62,294 nt of DNA, filler included, from Chiloscyllium plagiosum (GCF_004010195.1; 5 parts of one record of this genome joined end to end with filler, not necessarily neighbours in it), one strand, 5' to 3'; numbered from the whole stretch's first letter, positions 12,503 to 26,500 are shown. The notes: generated by a model from the sequence alone, not told the origin. Numbers and translations are program-made.

Positions 12503-13659
12503 TGCTCTCAGACTCTGATCTCCCTTCCTCTTGTCTCCGCAGTCAATACTCCTCCTGCAACAATGAGACAACACATCGAATGAAGCCCGGTACTAATAGG
12601 AGAGCGATAGCCTCCGTGATCTATTTAGAATCCATGGAGACTGAATTCAATCACAGTTGCTGAAAAAGAATTTCCAGTTAAACCCTTTCAGGTCAGCATG
12701 TTCAGGTCATTGTAGTAACTGGACTGGATTGGATGTTGACATCGATGGCTATTGCTCTCATCTCCTGTTTTCAATTGCCCTAGCGAAGTCGGGGCGAGAC
12801 AGAATGATGGATGTTTTCTTTTTGCAGGTTATATGATTATGCTGTCCTGTCGGTTTAGAATGCTATAACGACCTGACTCCCAACACCTCAAAGACACACA
12901 ATCGAAACTGTTTCATTCCACTGAACTCTTCTCCACTGGGAAAAAAAAAACATTTTTTATATTACAAGATACGTTTACCCTGACCATACACAGGATGTAT
13001 GCATTTGTCAAGACTTTCCTCTCAATGCTCGAATAAGGCAATATTGTAACTTAAATACTCAATGTGCATCCATTTTGTTCTATGGACTGACAATCATTAT
13101 ATTGCAGTTTATATCCTTTAAAGCAGCAATATGTACATGCTTTGACTTCTGACCAAAGCCAATCATGGCATTAAAATGAACTTCTTCATTAAAACCCTGG
13201 ATTAATAAGTCAGTACCTGAGTAAATATGACATTGGCGAAGAGACACAATGGAATGATCACAGTGGCTGTGGAGACTGCATGGGGAGTACGATGATATTC
13301 CCCAGTCATCATCACGCTTTCTGACATCTGGAATGAACTGTAATGCAAAGCAAAGAAACCGAGGGTATTTGGGTGATGGAATGCCAATTGACAATATGAG
13401 CAAAACAAGATAACTTTAAATACAGTAAATAATGTTGTATTTATACACTGTTTAAATTGCTGGGTGGACGGTTTGATAAGAGTGGTCATATCTGCACAGG
13501 GAACTCAGAAGTAAAAACTAAGACATGGTACCAAAATGCACAAGACGTGATGGTCATTCCAGGAGAACAACTTCAGAAATGTAGTACAGTCCGAGCTCGT
13601 GCAGCTATTCTCAGCGGAGTGACCACTGCCTTTGCTGCAATTATTGCATGAAACTCCTA

Positions 13660-13980
13660 AGATGGCAAAATAGGCCATTCAGCCCATCACACCTACCCAG
13701 AACGTCCAAACAGCATTCCGCCTATATCAACCCTTATTCCTGATGGCTAAGTACGAACTCTACAGATCCCTGAATAATATGGGCAATGTAGCATGGCCAA
13801 TCCACTCAAACCTGTATATCTTCAGTCTGTGGAACACGGCAAGAGGATCCAGGCAGACACAGGAAGAATGTACGAGCTCCACACAGACAGGCAGCCCAAG
13901 TTGGAATTGATGCGTGGTTCTAGCGCGGTGAAGGAGCGGTGATAACAGCACTCCCCCCTCCAATAAACCACCATACAGCC
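13660..13980 (-). mobile_element. HE1-type SINE, degenerate
   Basis: Reverse complement resembles 161-465 (CTCCACACAGACAG, GGCAATGTAGCATGGCCAATCC). Confidence 0.7.
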
Positions 13981-14696
13981 ACAATGATATGTATTAAATG
14001 TTTCTGGAGCTCGAGAGACGGCTTGTTCAGTGAAGCGTTTAGAGTCATAATCGTTTTCCTATTATTTTGTTTCGTAAAGTGCAACTGCCTCCAAAATGTG
14101 CTTCCAAACAAAAGTAGTACCCTGAGGTTTGAGCAAATACACATTATGGAATAAGCAAGCGTGACTGAGGGAAGGGATATTGGAGATGGTGGATTGATTA
14201 CGTGTAATCATTCAATCTGTCTTGGCTATGGGAGTAATGGGAGTGTCAGAAAATAAACACACTTCTCTGTTCACAAATCGAAACTTAGATTGTGCAGCTA
14301 AAGATCAGTCATTACAATGTATGTAAAAGCATTGGAAGAATTTTTAAGTCCAGAAGCTGGGGGAGGGATGTGGAGACTTGGTTCAGACAATGTTGGTTTA
14401 ACAGACAAACGGCATGAATTTGTTCGACAAGATTTCAATCTGACAAACGCAATTCCGATGTTTATTCCAGGTTGAGACATGGCAAATGAGGGTCATTCTG
14501 TTGAGGCTATCGATATCAATGCACTGTGATGAAGTATCATTTACTGGACGTCAGCTAAAGTCTGATTATGACGTTGGGGAAGAAGACGGAAAAAAGAGAG
14601 AACTGGTCACATGGCTATTTAGACTGGACCTAAGGGCAATGAAATAACCCAGCCATCGGTATAGGATCGTTATTCTTTACAACTCATATAAAAGGG

Positions 14697-14916
14697 CTGA
14701 AAATGTGTTGGTGGAAAAGCGCAGCAGGTCAGGCAGCATCCAAGGAGCAGGAGAATCAGCGTTTCGGGCATGAGCCCTTCTTCGGCAAAAGCCATGGCTG
14801 AAGAAGGGCTTGTGCCCGAAACGTCGATTCTCCTGGTCCTTGGATGTTGCCTGACCTACTGCGCTTTTCCAGTAACACATTTTCAGCTCTGATCTCCAGC
14901 ATCTGCAGTCCTCACT
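14697..14916 (+). mobile_element. Short Penelope-type non-autonomous insertion: inverted repeat with hammerhead-like core and target-site duplication
   Basis: ~90-bp inverted arms 14696-14887. Core CTGAAGA-A-GGGC-TTGT-GCCC-GAAAC-GTC at 14798-14825. Flanking direct repeat AACTCATATAAA(A)GGGC at 14681-14697 and 14917-14932. Confidence 0.8.
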
Positions 14917-15149
14917 AACTCATATAAAGGGCAGATTCAAGAATACACCTACAATGAGGAATGATGAGAGACAATATTAATGAAATGCGTTTATTCAATA
15001 GGAAATTAAAAGACAAAATGTATTTCTGTACATTCCAAATTGCAGCAAGTACAATGAGGTCAAAATGTTAAAATCCACTAATAATATTGATCTGCATAAA
15101 TTGAAATGTGGATTACACATCTAAGGAAATGGTGGGTTAACTTTATCAA

Positions 15150-17170
15150 TCATAGAGGGAAGCAGATGCCAGGTGTAGACAGGAGAGATCAAATGAAACC
15201 TTAGAAAAGTATAAAGGCAGGGAGCATATACATAAGAAGGAAGTAAGGAGGGCAAAAACGGGACATGAGATAGCTCTGGCATGTATAGTTAAGGAGAATC
15301 CAAAGAAATTTTATAAAAGCAAGAAGGACGAAGATCAGCAAGGCAGCCTATGTGTGGTGCCGCAGGAGAAAGGGATATACGAAACGAATATTTCCCATCA
15401 GTGCTTACGATGGAGAAGGACGGTGAAGATATCGAATATGGGTAAATAGATAGTGGCAACTTGATAAATATCCATGTTACAGAGGAAGAGATGGTCAATG
15501 TCCAGAAAAGAATAAAAGTCGATAAATCTCCAGGACTTGATCAAGTGTACCCTCCAACTCTGTGGGAAACTAGGGCAGTGTGTGCTCGGCCCCTTGCTGA
15601 GATATTTGTATCATAGGTAGTCACAGGCTAGGTGCCGAAGATTATAGGTTGGCTCAAGTGGTGTCACTATTTTAGAAAAGTTATAAGGTAAAGTTAGGAA
15701 ACTATAGACTGGTGAGACTGACATGGGCGGTGGATAGGTTTTTGGGGGGACAGGATTCACATGTACTTAGATAGGCATGAACTGTTTCGGAAAATTCGGC
15801 ATGGGTTTGTGCGTGAGAAATCGTGTCTCACGAACTTGACTGATTATTTTGAAGAATTACCAAAAAGTCTTGAAGTTGGCAGAGTGGTAGATGTCATCTA
15901 TGTGAACTTCAGTGAGGCGTTCGACAGGGTTCCTCATGGGAGACTATTTAGAAATGTTTAATCTCATGGGATACTGTGAGAACTGGCCAATTGCATACAG
16001 AACTCGCTCGAAGGTGGAAGACAGATGGTGGGAGTGGAGCGCTCTTTCAGACCTAATTTGGTGGCAAGTGCGATGCCAATAAGATCAGTGCAGAGTCCAC
16101 TGCTTTTTTATCTTTTAAGTAAAGGATTTGGATGTGACCATATGTAGTTAGTAAATTCGCAGATGACACCAAAATTGGACGTGTCTTGGACATTGAAGAA
16201 AGGTTACCTCAGAGTTTAATGGAATCTTGATCAGATGGGCTACTGAGCTGAAAAGTGGCAAATGCAGTTTAATTTAGATAAATGCGAGGAGCTCTATTTT
16301 GGCAAAGCAAATCAAAGTAGTGCTTGTACACTTAACAGTAAAATCCTACTGAGTGTTGCTGAACACACAGACCTTGGAGGGAAGGTTCATAGTTCCTTGA
16401 AAATGGCGTTGCAGGTGGATAGGATAGTGAAGATGTCGTTCGGTATGCTTTCCTGTATTTGTCAGAGCATTGAGTACAGCAGTTGGGAGGTCATTTTGAG
16501 GGCGCACAGGACGTTGGTTCGGCCACTTTTGGAACATTGCACGCAATTCAGATCTCCTTCGTGTCGGAAGGTTGTTGTCAAACCTGAAAGGATTCAGAAA
16601 ATATTTACAAGGAGGTTGCCAACGTTGGAGGAGTTGACCTAAAGGGCCAGGCTGAATAATCTGGGGCTGTTTTCCCTGGAGCTCAGGAGGCTGATTGGTG
16701 AACTTATAGAAAATTGTAAAACTATGTGGGGCATGGACAGGATAAGTAGACAAGGCATTTTCCATGGGTTGGGAGAGTCCAGAAATAGAGAGCATTCTGT
16801 GAGAGTGAGAGTGGAAATGTGCAAAAGGGACGTAAGGCAGAACTTTTTTTATGCAATGGGTGGTGCATATACGGAACGATCTGAAATAAAAGGCATCCGG
16901 AATAGTATATGTTTAGAAAGTGTTTCGAGGGTGGAAATGTGCAAAAGGGACGTAAGGCAGAACTTTTTTTATGCAATGGGTGGTGCATATACGGAACGAT
17001 CTGCATTTAAAAGGCATCCGGAATAGTATATGTTTAGAAAGTGTTTCGAGGATATGGGCCAGGTGCTGGAAAATAGGATGATATTAGTTCAGGATATCCG
17101 GTCGGCGTGGACGAGTTGGACCGAAGAATATGTTTCTGTACTGTACATCGCTGTAACTCTATGGCTCTAA
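15150..17170 (+). mobile_element. CR1 LINE ORF2 3' part with an internal 120-bp tandem duplication (16811-16930 / 16931-17050)
   Basis: HGFVREKSCLTNL..FEE, F.EAFDRVPH, KFADDTK, MQFNLDKC, RTLVRPLLE; CR1 3' tail. Confidence 0.9.
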
Positions 17171-18039
17171 TCATTATTATATCCACAAGTGAGATGCTGA
17201 TCTCCCCTATGTGAGTGATCTTCCTCACCGAGATTCTCTACCTCTGTCTTTCACACAGTGTGAGCATTATCAGTTAAACCTGTTGTTGGCCAAGTCTATT
17301 TAAATTAACCCGCCTTCTCCCTGGAATATTGGCCCACTGGATTCTGTTTAACTATCAGCAACTTAACACTGTAATATTATCACAGATAAATGATCTGGGA
17401 TGTCAACCAGTTTCAGCATATTGTTGAAAGGGTATGGCACCAGACAAAATTCTTGCAGTCTATGGCAACTTCTGAATAAAATTTTCATCATCTTCCTGTT
17501 CATCTCTATCTGCCATCATCCTATCTTCTGATCTATCTTACTTCCCCTTCGTTGAAGACCCCTTCCTCCCTCACTCATTCTGTTGTTCCCCTTTCCCTCC
17601 TTTCTCAGTTTATCACCTCTCATTTTCTTTCTCTCTCTTTATCTTTTTCTCCCACTCATCCCCTCAATCTCCACACACTCCCTCTGTCTTCAAGTTGTGC
17701 AGTTGAAGAACTCATGGATACTCGGTGGGCTGAATGTCCTCCATATGTGCTCTAATAATCTTGAGGTTCTCTGAACCAGAGTAAAAGGTTTTAGTGCCTG
17801 GACAGAAAAACTGTCACAGTGTATTATAATAAATCAGCTCTTCCTGTTCTTCTGCTCAAACAAAACGGATTGAATGAAATTCAAGCAGTCGGGAGGACAT
17901 TTCAATATATTCCAGAAAAGTATAAGCATGGGGAAAAAACACGGCAGGATAAAAAATAGCAGCAGACCACAACGCATGTTTCCATGTAGGTCTCGTGATA
18001 TTGTTGGATTACTATTCAGTTAGATCTGCAGATGCTCTG

Positions 18040-18510
18040 GACACCCACATCGGAATCACTACAAAATCGATGCTGGAAATTGAACTCATCAATTAAAACG
18101 AGCTAGAGTAATGATTCTACTGATAACAATGAACCCATCGTCAATTGTCAGGAAAACCAAAAACGTTCACTTATCTCCTTCAGGGATGGAAATCTGCCAT
18201 CCTCACCTTGTCTGGCCTCCATATCATTCCAGATAGACAACACTGTGTTTGACTCTAAGTCACCCTTTGAAAATGCCCAGCGAGTCATTCAATTGTGCCA
18301 ATCACAACAAAACCTCCAAGACATGAAACTGGACGGATCACCTGGAATCGACCGGGTCACAGGAGACGTCAACGTCTGAAACATCCCTGCCATCCTGCAA
18401 CCTCCTGCTGACAAAGCAGAACCAGGACCAATATTGGGAGATCTGTCTTACAGACGAGTCAAACACAGCCTGGCATAGTCATGCTCACTGAATCATAACT
18501 TACAGACACT
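18040..18510 (+). mobile_element. Deu-domain (SacSINE1-like) repeat and LINE fragment
   Basis: GGAAATCTGCCATCCTCACCTTGTCTGGCCT...TTGACTCT, recalled as the Deu-SINE conserved domain. Confidence 0.55.
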
Positions 18511-19440
18511 CTATACACTTCTCCTCTTTTCTTCACTCTCTCTCCCACATCCCACTCTCTGTTCCCCACCAATCTATTTCTTTCCCTCCTCTCTAACTGC
18601 ACCTCTCTCCCCCTGTCTCTCTCAACATCCTTCTCTCTCCCCCACCTCTTCTATCCGCATTCACTCCTTTCCCCATTTTCCAACTCTTCCCCGACTCTCA
18701 TTCTCCCTCAGTCTCTCTTTCCGCTATGTTCCCCACCTCCGTNNNNNNNNNNNNNNNNNNNNNNNNNNNNNNNNNNNNNNNNNNNNTTAATTAATTAANN
18801 NNNNNNNNNNNNNNNNNNNNNNNNNNNNNNNNNNNNNNNNNNTGACTGTCTTTCTGTCTCCCTCACGCTGCCCTAATTTTCACATTGTCTGAGGCACCCT
18901 CTCCCCTTCCTCCCTTTGCCTCTGACTGAATTTCGCTCCCTCCCTCCCTAGCTATCTGACTCAACCTCTCCCGCTCGTCATTCCCTGTCTCTCTGTTGCA
19001 GAGTTGGGAGGTATGTGGAGAGTCTGGGGGAGTGGAGAGGACATGCAGATGTGGGACTTTCGAGGAGGGAGAAATGAGGGATAGATAGAAAGGCGAGACT
19101 GAGGCACCAGGAGAGTGAGAGAGAAGATGAGGGAGGGAGAGAAGGAAGGAGACGCCTGGAGCGACCTGTGTGTGTGTGTGTGTGTGAGTGTGAGAGAGAG
19201 AGAGAGAGAGAGACGGGGGAAGAGAAAGTGACCGGGAGAGGGGAGACAAAGTGAATGTCTGTGGAGAGATCGAGAGAGATAAAAATGATAAGGAAGCGAG
19301 GGGGGAGAAGAAGTTGGGAGAGAGTGCGAGAGAGAGGGGTGGGGTGGTAGGAGGGCGATCGAGCGAGGGAGAGAGAGAGAGCGACAGAGAGATTGATATG
19401 GTTGACTGGTGATGGGTGGTGGGCAATGGGGTAGAGAGAT
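18510..19440. repeat. CT/GA-rich low-complexity tracts with a (GT)n(GA)n microsatellite at ~19167-19212
   Basis: Direct reading. Explains the spurious long ORFs 18863..19642 and 18961..19617. Confidence 0.9.
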
Positions 19441-19862
19441 GAATGCTGCCGAATACAAGGTCGGAGTAGGGGTCCCAGAGGTAAAAGCTAGGACAGATTG
19501 ACTTAAAACTATCTCTTGTACACAGTCTCCGTTCACCTCCCGGAGACCAGGGCTTGAAGCTGAGTTTGTCTCTGTCCAGCTCAACCTCTTCAACACAAAG
19601 ACAAACAACAACATCATTCACTCCGTGCTCGACAGTTTTCAAAGCATATCTTCATTGTTTACAAATTGAAGTTGTCGACACGTCAATGGGATGGTGCCTC
19701 TTCTCATTGGCCACTGAGTTGATAGTAACCTTGAAATGTGGCCCTGAAACCCCCTTATGGCATAAAGCTCGACAAACCAACGCTACCCGAATTCTCAGGT
19801 GGCTTCAGGTGGCTTCATTGCGAAGATGCTGAAATGAAATGAGAAAATCCATGATGGATTGA

Positions 19863-20694
19863 TTAATGAGTGAATTTGGATGATTGATGCATTTGGGCAA
19901 AGGCATATTTAAGGACATTCTTCAGCTGCTGCTTGAACTTGGACTGGGTCACAGCATAAATCGCAGTGTTTGTTCAGCAACTAGGGAGCTGCAGCATGAT
20001 GCCCAAATTCTTCACAAAGGGATTGTAATAAAAAGAGATATCCACAACTAAAGACATCCGGTACTCTATTGAATTCCACCATTAACGTTGACCAGAACAG
20101 GATGAACTAGTGCGAGATCACTAACGGTAAAATGATAGTTTTTTTCAATTTCTCATTTCTGTGTCCCATTAGTGTGAGCTCGGAGGAGACTCGGGCTATA
20201 CTGGGCTCTAAAATGTGTCAAGAGAAATGGGAGAGCCGGGGTTACAAATTCGTGAAGGAATACGATGTGACTCAGATAGGATAGAATCAAGCATCTATTG
20301 TGATCTCACAGAACCAGGGGGTGTCCTCCAGCCGATACCACGTCATTTGCATAAAATGCGAGAAAATGTTCTTTAAACAGCTGAGCACAGTCACTGCTCC
20401 CGTAACCACAGCCGCCATTTTCTCACTGCAATATATTTTTCAGCTTCTTGCAACAAATCTCCACCAATCAATCAAAGGTGAGAGTGACAGTGAACGAGAC
20501 AGTACAATCAGTGGTTACACAGATAGAGCTCAGGAAATAAAACTGTTCCCAATAAGCAATGGAAATTTTTCTCTTTATCAGTTCGTGGATAATGACCAGT
20601 AGATCTGCCTCTGCCATAGCCCCGAGGAAACATCTGACAGATGGAGACAATCCACAATCTTTATACAGCAGGATGTAGATCGTCACTACGTTAA
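19863..20694 (-). pseudogene. GPR139-like GPCR exon 2 (TM1-TM7), pseudogene
   Basis: Acceptor CTCACAG|TT AAC, then VNVVTIYILLYKDCGLS...AMAEADLLVII...TDCTVSFTVTLTFD* (DRF motif broken by a stop). Frameshifted middle ...VLSCLKNIF...PWFC. C-terminus MLQLPSC*TNTAIYAVTQSKFKQQLKNVLKY...TAA. Confidence 0.9.
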
Positions 20695-21189
20695 CTGTGA
20701 GGAAGGAAAACAAACAAACTGTACATCAGCCTTCATGTATAGGCATCAGTTTGATTATGGACAGAGTGAGATTTTCAAATGCGTCACTGTATTCAAAATA
20801 TGTCATAAAACACAATAAATACTCCTGCCCCAAACACACGGACACGCATCATTAAGAACAGATGGCTTTCAAAAAAATCGCACATACTCGATCACTCGAG
20901 AGGAGACACAGGTCACTTCTTTCCTGCTCCTATATCAGGGTTGAAAACGTTACTGCGCCGAGAGGAGTCTCTCGCAATTCCTGGAAGACAAACGGATGTT
21001 GCGAATTTCTGTCTTTGAATCTAAATTGTGGTCGATCCTCTGTCATGAAGAGAAATTCGGGGAAAACGTATTCATTCCTTTCAATTTCTAAGGGAAAGTC
21101 GGTGCAGTGACTCCTTCTCCATGGAACGGGATCTCTTCCCTCGGGGTTTATGCTTTGCTCAATTCACTGACGTCCGGATGTTCACAAAT

Positions 21190-21470
21190 AATGCCATGGA
21201 TATAACTCTGCAGGGATTGTCGGATATAGAATGTTGTTGGGATTATCAGTTGTAGAATGATCTGGGGAATGTCGGTTCAAGAATTTTCCAGAAAAAAACG
21301 ATTATTGAATATTCCAGGGAATATCAGTCATAGAATGATCTGGAGAATTCCAGTTAGAGAATGTTCCAGGGAACATCGGATATAGAATGTTCCAGGGAAT
21401 GTACGTTATAAAATGTTCGGGTGAATGTTGGTTACAAAATATTCCAGGGAATGTCAAGTACAGAATGGGA
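21190..21470. repeat. Degenerate minisatellite, ~26-bp unit GGGAATGTCGGATATAGAATGTTCCA
   Basis: About ten recurring variants read directly. Confidence 0.75.
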
Positions 21471-22769
21471 TAATGTCGTAAAGACGAACAACGCAAAGGC
21501 TCCTCTGACCATGAAGATTCTAGGTGAGAATCTTTCCAAAAACTCAATTCAACTGTCTATTTGTACACAAAATGTATTAGATAAAGATTGTTGCTCAAAG
21601 ATGTGATGTAAGATCCTCTTTAATGAAAATACAAATGTCATCCCTTATTCTGGTATTTCTCCCACCTACTTTTCAATTCTGTATTATACACAAGCTGTGA
21701 AATGCTTTGGATATTTTGTTCACAATATCGGTCACCCTGTAGTCATGTCTCCCGAAAGTCATTAACTCATATTCATTTCCCTCAGTGTAGGCCACAGAAT
21801 TCTTGTGTATGTTTTGAGAATACAACACACCGTTTGATAGGGCACCTTTCATTCAGCTTTTTAACCTCTTATTCTCTGCTCCATAGTCATTTACTTTCCT
21901 CATATCATCCAGTCAGAAAGCAGTCTGTCATCACCATTCTCACAAAAACAGACCTGACGGGTAATGTTCCAAGAAGCCCCATCACTATCCCTGGATATAG
22001 TCTGTCGCACAGGCAGAACATACCTCCAGTCGTAGGAACACCGTGTGATACATTCAGGACAGGAGTTACACTGGAATTTCCCAACATTGATTAGAGAACC
22101 CAAGAAATCTCATGCTAACAGGTCGGAGATGGTTAAGAACATCAATTGATGATGCATATTTCCTGTCCTCTACACCAGCCATCGGTCTTAACTCAGTTCC
22201 CCTTGACGTTGAACACAAATCGGGGGAAGTCACAGAACCTATTCTGGGGGTGTGAGTTCAAAGTCCAACACTATGAGTGTCTCATCGGGCACAGTACTGA
22301 CTAAGCAGGCAGAGACCTCAAATGGCCAGACTGTACGAAATGATGGAAAGAGGGCAACATTCTCACCATCTACTTGTCACAGATGGATCTATCCTTTACA
22401 GTACCTGTAGGAACAGCCAGCACACTCTCGTGGAGGGAAGGTCTCACCCTCATACTGAAGATGCCGCTCAATCTGTTATGTGGCACTACCACTTGCGAAT
22501 TCTAAAGGATGTAGCAAATGGAAACTGGGAATCCATGAGGCACCGTGGGCTATCAGCAGCTGTAGCATCGGTGGCCTTCCCTTCGTCATAAAGTCAGAAT
22601 TGTGCTCATTACTGATGCTTCCAGAATGTTTACCACCATTCACAAGTACAGCCCTACGGACGCAGGCAATGCTGCTCATCATGTGTTTTAAATAAGAACA
22701 GAATTCGGCCATTCAGCCATTCGAGCCTGTTGCTCAGCAATTGGAGCATACCTTTTAATTCTTCGTGTC

Positions 22770-23560
22770 TGTTATAAAGGAAATGAAAGGGAACATTCAG
22801 CCTTTTAAAGATGCTGCATCAGATTATGGGGAGGGCTGGTTACTGAGCCGGAAAGCTGGGATAAATTCGGCATAATACACTCTTTACCAGTTTAAAACAA
22901 ATTGCTCCTTGCTGTTTTCACAAAGGAAATCCATTTCTTCTCAAAAAGCTGTTCCTTGGCTCAAGGATTCCCTGCCGTCCATTTTTATTTTTATTTTCAG
23001 ACGAGTGATAAACCAGAAAGGCTCCAATCAGTTTGGGTTGGAACAGGGAGTAAAATGATATTCACAGGCCTTTTGTTTATACGTGAACAGATGAGACTTC
23101 AGACAAATGTGTCATAACTTCGACGTGACCTGCATATTGAGAAGGAAGCGGTCAACTCTCTAGCTGAGCAATTTATTTCGGTCTTGAACTGGTGAGGAGT
23201 TCAACAGTGAGCTGTGTGGAAACTCTCTCCCTTCCTGCCTTTCAATTTCAACCTGCAAGTGTGCGTTCCATTTTTTTGTTCGTGAAGGGATTTTGTGTAT
23301 TGGAATTGTTGCGTACATTCCCAACAGCATAATTTAGTCTAGTTTGAATGGACTGAGTTCTGCCGGGGTTATTCATTCTGTTCTTTGTGTTTCATTGTGC
23401 AGTTTTGTAAATGAGTATTTGTCTATTTTAATATCAAGTCGTCAAAGTAACTATCTTACTCCGGGTAAGATTTACACTACAATTACCCAAACAAATTGCA
23501 AAGTTATGGTCTGGGCTGCCTGCTTAAGAATATTTTGAGTGCCTGGCCTAGTCCATGATA
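22770..23560 (+). mobile_element. Probable solo LTR
   Basis: Begins TGTTATA, ends GTCCATGATA (decayed ..AACA), LTR-like non-coding composition. No TSD confirmed. Confidence 0.35.
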
Positions 23561-23569
23561 GAGTGACGC

Positions 23570-26500
23570 AGTGACACTGTGAACAGTGCTGGGGTCTCAA
23601 CTATTTGCAAACTAGACCAACGGCTTCCTCAAATGGACCAAATGCATTCTAACTCAGATAAGCAGGAACTGAAGTTATAAAGTGGAGGGAGATAATCTCT
23701 TATTGGTAAAGCAATGAACATCAATTTGGCAGATGGAATATAACGCCAGTAACTGTGAAACGGTGAATTTTTCAGGAAGAATAAAAGGCTGCATATTGCA
23801 TAAACGGAGATGGATTGCAGGAATTAATGATGCGGTGTGTACTGGAGGATTCATTCTGACCTGTTCAGTCATCAGAAGTGTTGCTCCATCGCCCTGATGG
23901 TCTGTTCCCTGATGTTCCCAATAGCTCCATTGTTCTCAGTACATACGGGTTAGTTTAGTAGCAGTCTACAGGAGTTTGAGAGTAGGTAGGTAGAAAATAC
24001 GGTTTCAAGGTCGTAAGAGTGATCTGGCAGGATAGAAGTTAGTTTTCAGTGTATCCAGTTGAACGCTAGTAGCATCTGAAATAAGGTGTGTGAACGTGCA
24101 GCATGGGTTTGTACCTGGGATTTCGATATTGTGACAATTTCGAAGACATGGTAGAGCAGGGACAGGAATGGTTGTTGCAGATTCGGGGATTTAGATGATT
24201 AAGTAGAAGAAGGTAAAAAGGAGGCGGTATGTGGCATTCCAATCAATTACAGTGTTACGCTGGCAGAAAGGACGTTTGAGGACTCATCTACTGAGATAGT
24301 GCCGTAGAGGTTAGAAAGAGGAAATGAGAGGTCACCCTGTTGGGAGATTTCTATAGGCCTCCTAAAATGTCCAGAGTCATAAAGTAAAGGATAGCAAAGA
24401 TAATTCTGGGCAGGAGCGTTAATAGCAGGATAGTTGTTGCGGGCCATTAACTTTACAAATGTTGTCTGGAAATACTAGAGTTAGAGTACTTTAGATGGGT
24501 CAGTTTTTGTGAAAAGTGTGCAGGATGTTTTCCTGACACATTATGGAGACAGGCCACCAAGCAGAGAGACGTTCGATTTTGTGATGTGTAATTAACCCGG
24601 CCAGTTATTAGATTTGTAATAGGTGTGCACTCTGGTGATAGTGACGACAATTCGGTTAAGTGTACTTTAATGACGGAAAGGTTGAGGTATATATCGCAGG
24701 GCAAGATTTATAACTGGGTGAAAGGCAATTATGATGGAATAAAGGAATATTTAGGATACAGAGATGAGTAAGGAAACTGGAGGGAATGGGCACGATTGAA
24801 ATTTGGCGCTTATTCAATGAACAGCTACTGAGTCTCCTAGCTAAGTATTTAACTGTCAGGTAGATAGCAAGTTGTCAAGCAAGGGAGCAGTTATTTAATA
24901 AGGAAGTTGAAGCTTTTGTCAAGAGGAAGAAGAAGGCTTATGTTAGGATGAGACACCATGGCTCCGTTAGGGCTCTTCCGAGATTCAAGTTCAACAGGGA
25001 AGGGCTAAAAAGAGAGCTAAGAATAACCATGAGGTGGGGAGAAGAGATGTTATTGGTCGAAACGATCAACAAAGTGTTTAAGGCTTTCTATAGTTATATC
25101 AGGAATAGTAGAACGACTGGTTTGAGATTAACACCAATCAACTATAGTCGCCAGACGTTGTGCATGGAGTCAGTGGAGTTGGGGAAGCGCGAAATGAATA
25201 TTTTTTTGTTAATGTTCACACTGAAAAGCGTCAATGTTGCCGAGAGGGAGAGACGAGTAGACTAGATGGGTTGAGGTTCACAAAGAGCAGTGGTTTGGAA
25301 TTCTGGAAAGTTTAGGAATAGGTAAATCCCCGAGGTCGGATGGCATTTTTCCAATGATTCCCATCGAAGCCAGGGAGGAGATTGCAGACACTTTGTCTTT
25401 GATCCTTTATGTCGTCATTTCCTGCAGGCACCATGCCAGAAGGTTNNNNNNNNNNNNNNNNNNNNNNNNNNNNNNNNNNNNNNNNNNNNNNNNNNNNNNN
25501 NNNNNNNNNNNNNNNNNNNNNNNNNNNNNNNNNNNNNNNNNNNNNNNNNNNNNNNNNNNNNNNNNNNNNNNNNNNNNNNNNNNNNNNNNNNNNNNNNNNN
25601 NNNNNNNNNNNNNNNNNNNNNNNNNNNNNNNNNNNNNNNNNNNNNNNNNNNNNNNNNNNNNNNNNNNNNNNNNNNNNNNNNNNNNNNNNNNNNNNNNNNN
25701 NNNNNNNNNNNNNNNNNNNNNNNNNNNNNNNNNNNNNNNNNNNNNNNNNNNNNNNNNNNNNNNNNNNNNNNNNNNNNNNNNNNNNNNNNNNNNNNNNNNN
25801 NNNNNNNNNNNNNNNNNNNNNNNNNNNNNNNNNNNNNNNNNNNNNNNNNNNNNNNNNNNNNNNNNNNNNNNNNNNNNNNNNNNNNNNNNNNNNNNNNNNN
25901 NNNNNNNNNNNNNNNNNNNNNNNNNNNNNNNNNNNNNNNNNNNNNNNNNNNNNNNNNNNNNNNNNNNNNNNNNNNNNNNNNNNNNNNNNNNNNNNNNNNN
26001 CATCGAAGCCAGGGAGGAGATTGCAGACACTTTGTCTTTGATCCTTTATGTCGTCATTTCCTGCAGGCACCATGCCAGAAGGTTTGAGGATAGCGAATGA
26101 TTATCCTCGTTCAAGAAGGATGTAGACACAAACCTGTTCGGATGTGTAATCATCTGGAAAGGAATAAATTGATGAGGTTAGTCAACCCAGTTTTGAGCAG
26201 GGAACATTGTTGACTTATTTGAGAAGGTGAACAAACAAGTGGATGAGGGTAAAGTGGTTGATGTGGTGTATAGATATTTCAGTAAGGCGTTTGAATAGTT
26301 TCCCCACGATAGGCCATTGCACAAAACAGGAAGGCATGGGATTGTGGATGATATAATGTTTTGGATCAGACATTGTCGAGATGATAGAAGACAGAGGATG
26401 GTGGTTCACTGGAAATCATCATCCAGGAGTGGTGTACGGCAAGAATCTGCTTTGGGGTCATTGCTATTTGACATCTTTATAAATAAGCTGGATGAATGCA

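Noticed and set aside
13216..13340. Exon-like segment on the minus strand (polypyrimidine-AG ... CAG|GTACTG) with a hydrophobic frame
   Set aside because: No family motif and no partner exons. Similar isolated splice-like signals near 4915, 35935, 36345 and 56870 are expected by chance.
18787..18798. TTAATTAATTAA palindromes inside N runs (four places)
   Set aside because: Artificial scaffolding linker, not genomic sequence.
18863..19642. 259-aa and 218-aa minus-strand ORFs
   Set aside because: Products of CT/GA low-complexity and microsatellite sequence.
20940..21200. Possible decayed exon 1 for the 20694 pseudogene (GAGGGAAGAGATC leader, FVFQEL..PLGAV)
   Set aside because: No convincing GVP|GTAAG end or clean frame; similarity too weak.
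21190..21470. Regularly spaced repeats resembling a CRISPR array
   Set aside because: Eukaryotic context; contiguous degenerate units with no unique spacers, i.e. a minisatellite.
22322..22591. LVTDGS...AAQ resembling an RNase H start
   Set aside because: Single short motif with no supporting neighbouring domains.
25362..26084. 84-bp direct repeat either side of the 555-N gap
   Set aside because: Identical copies abut the gap on both sides; most likely an unmerged contig overlap.
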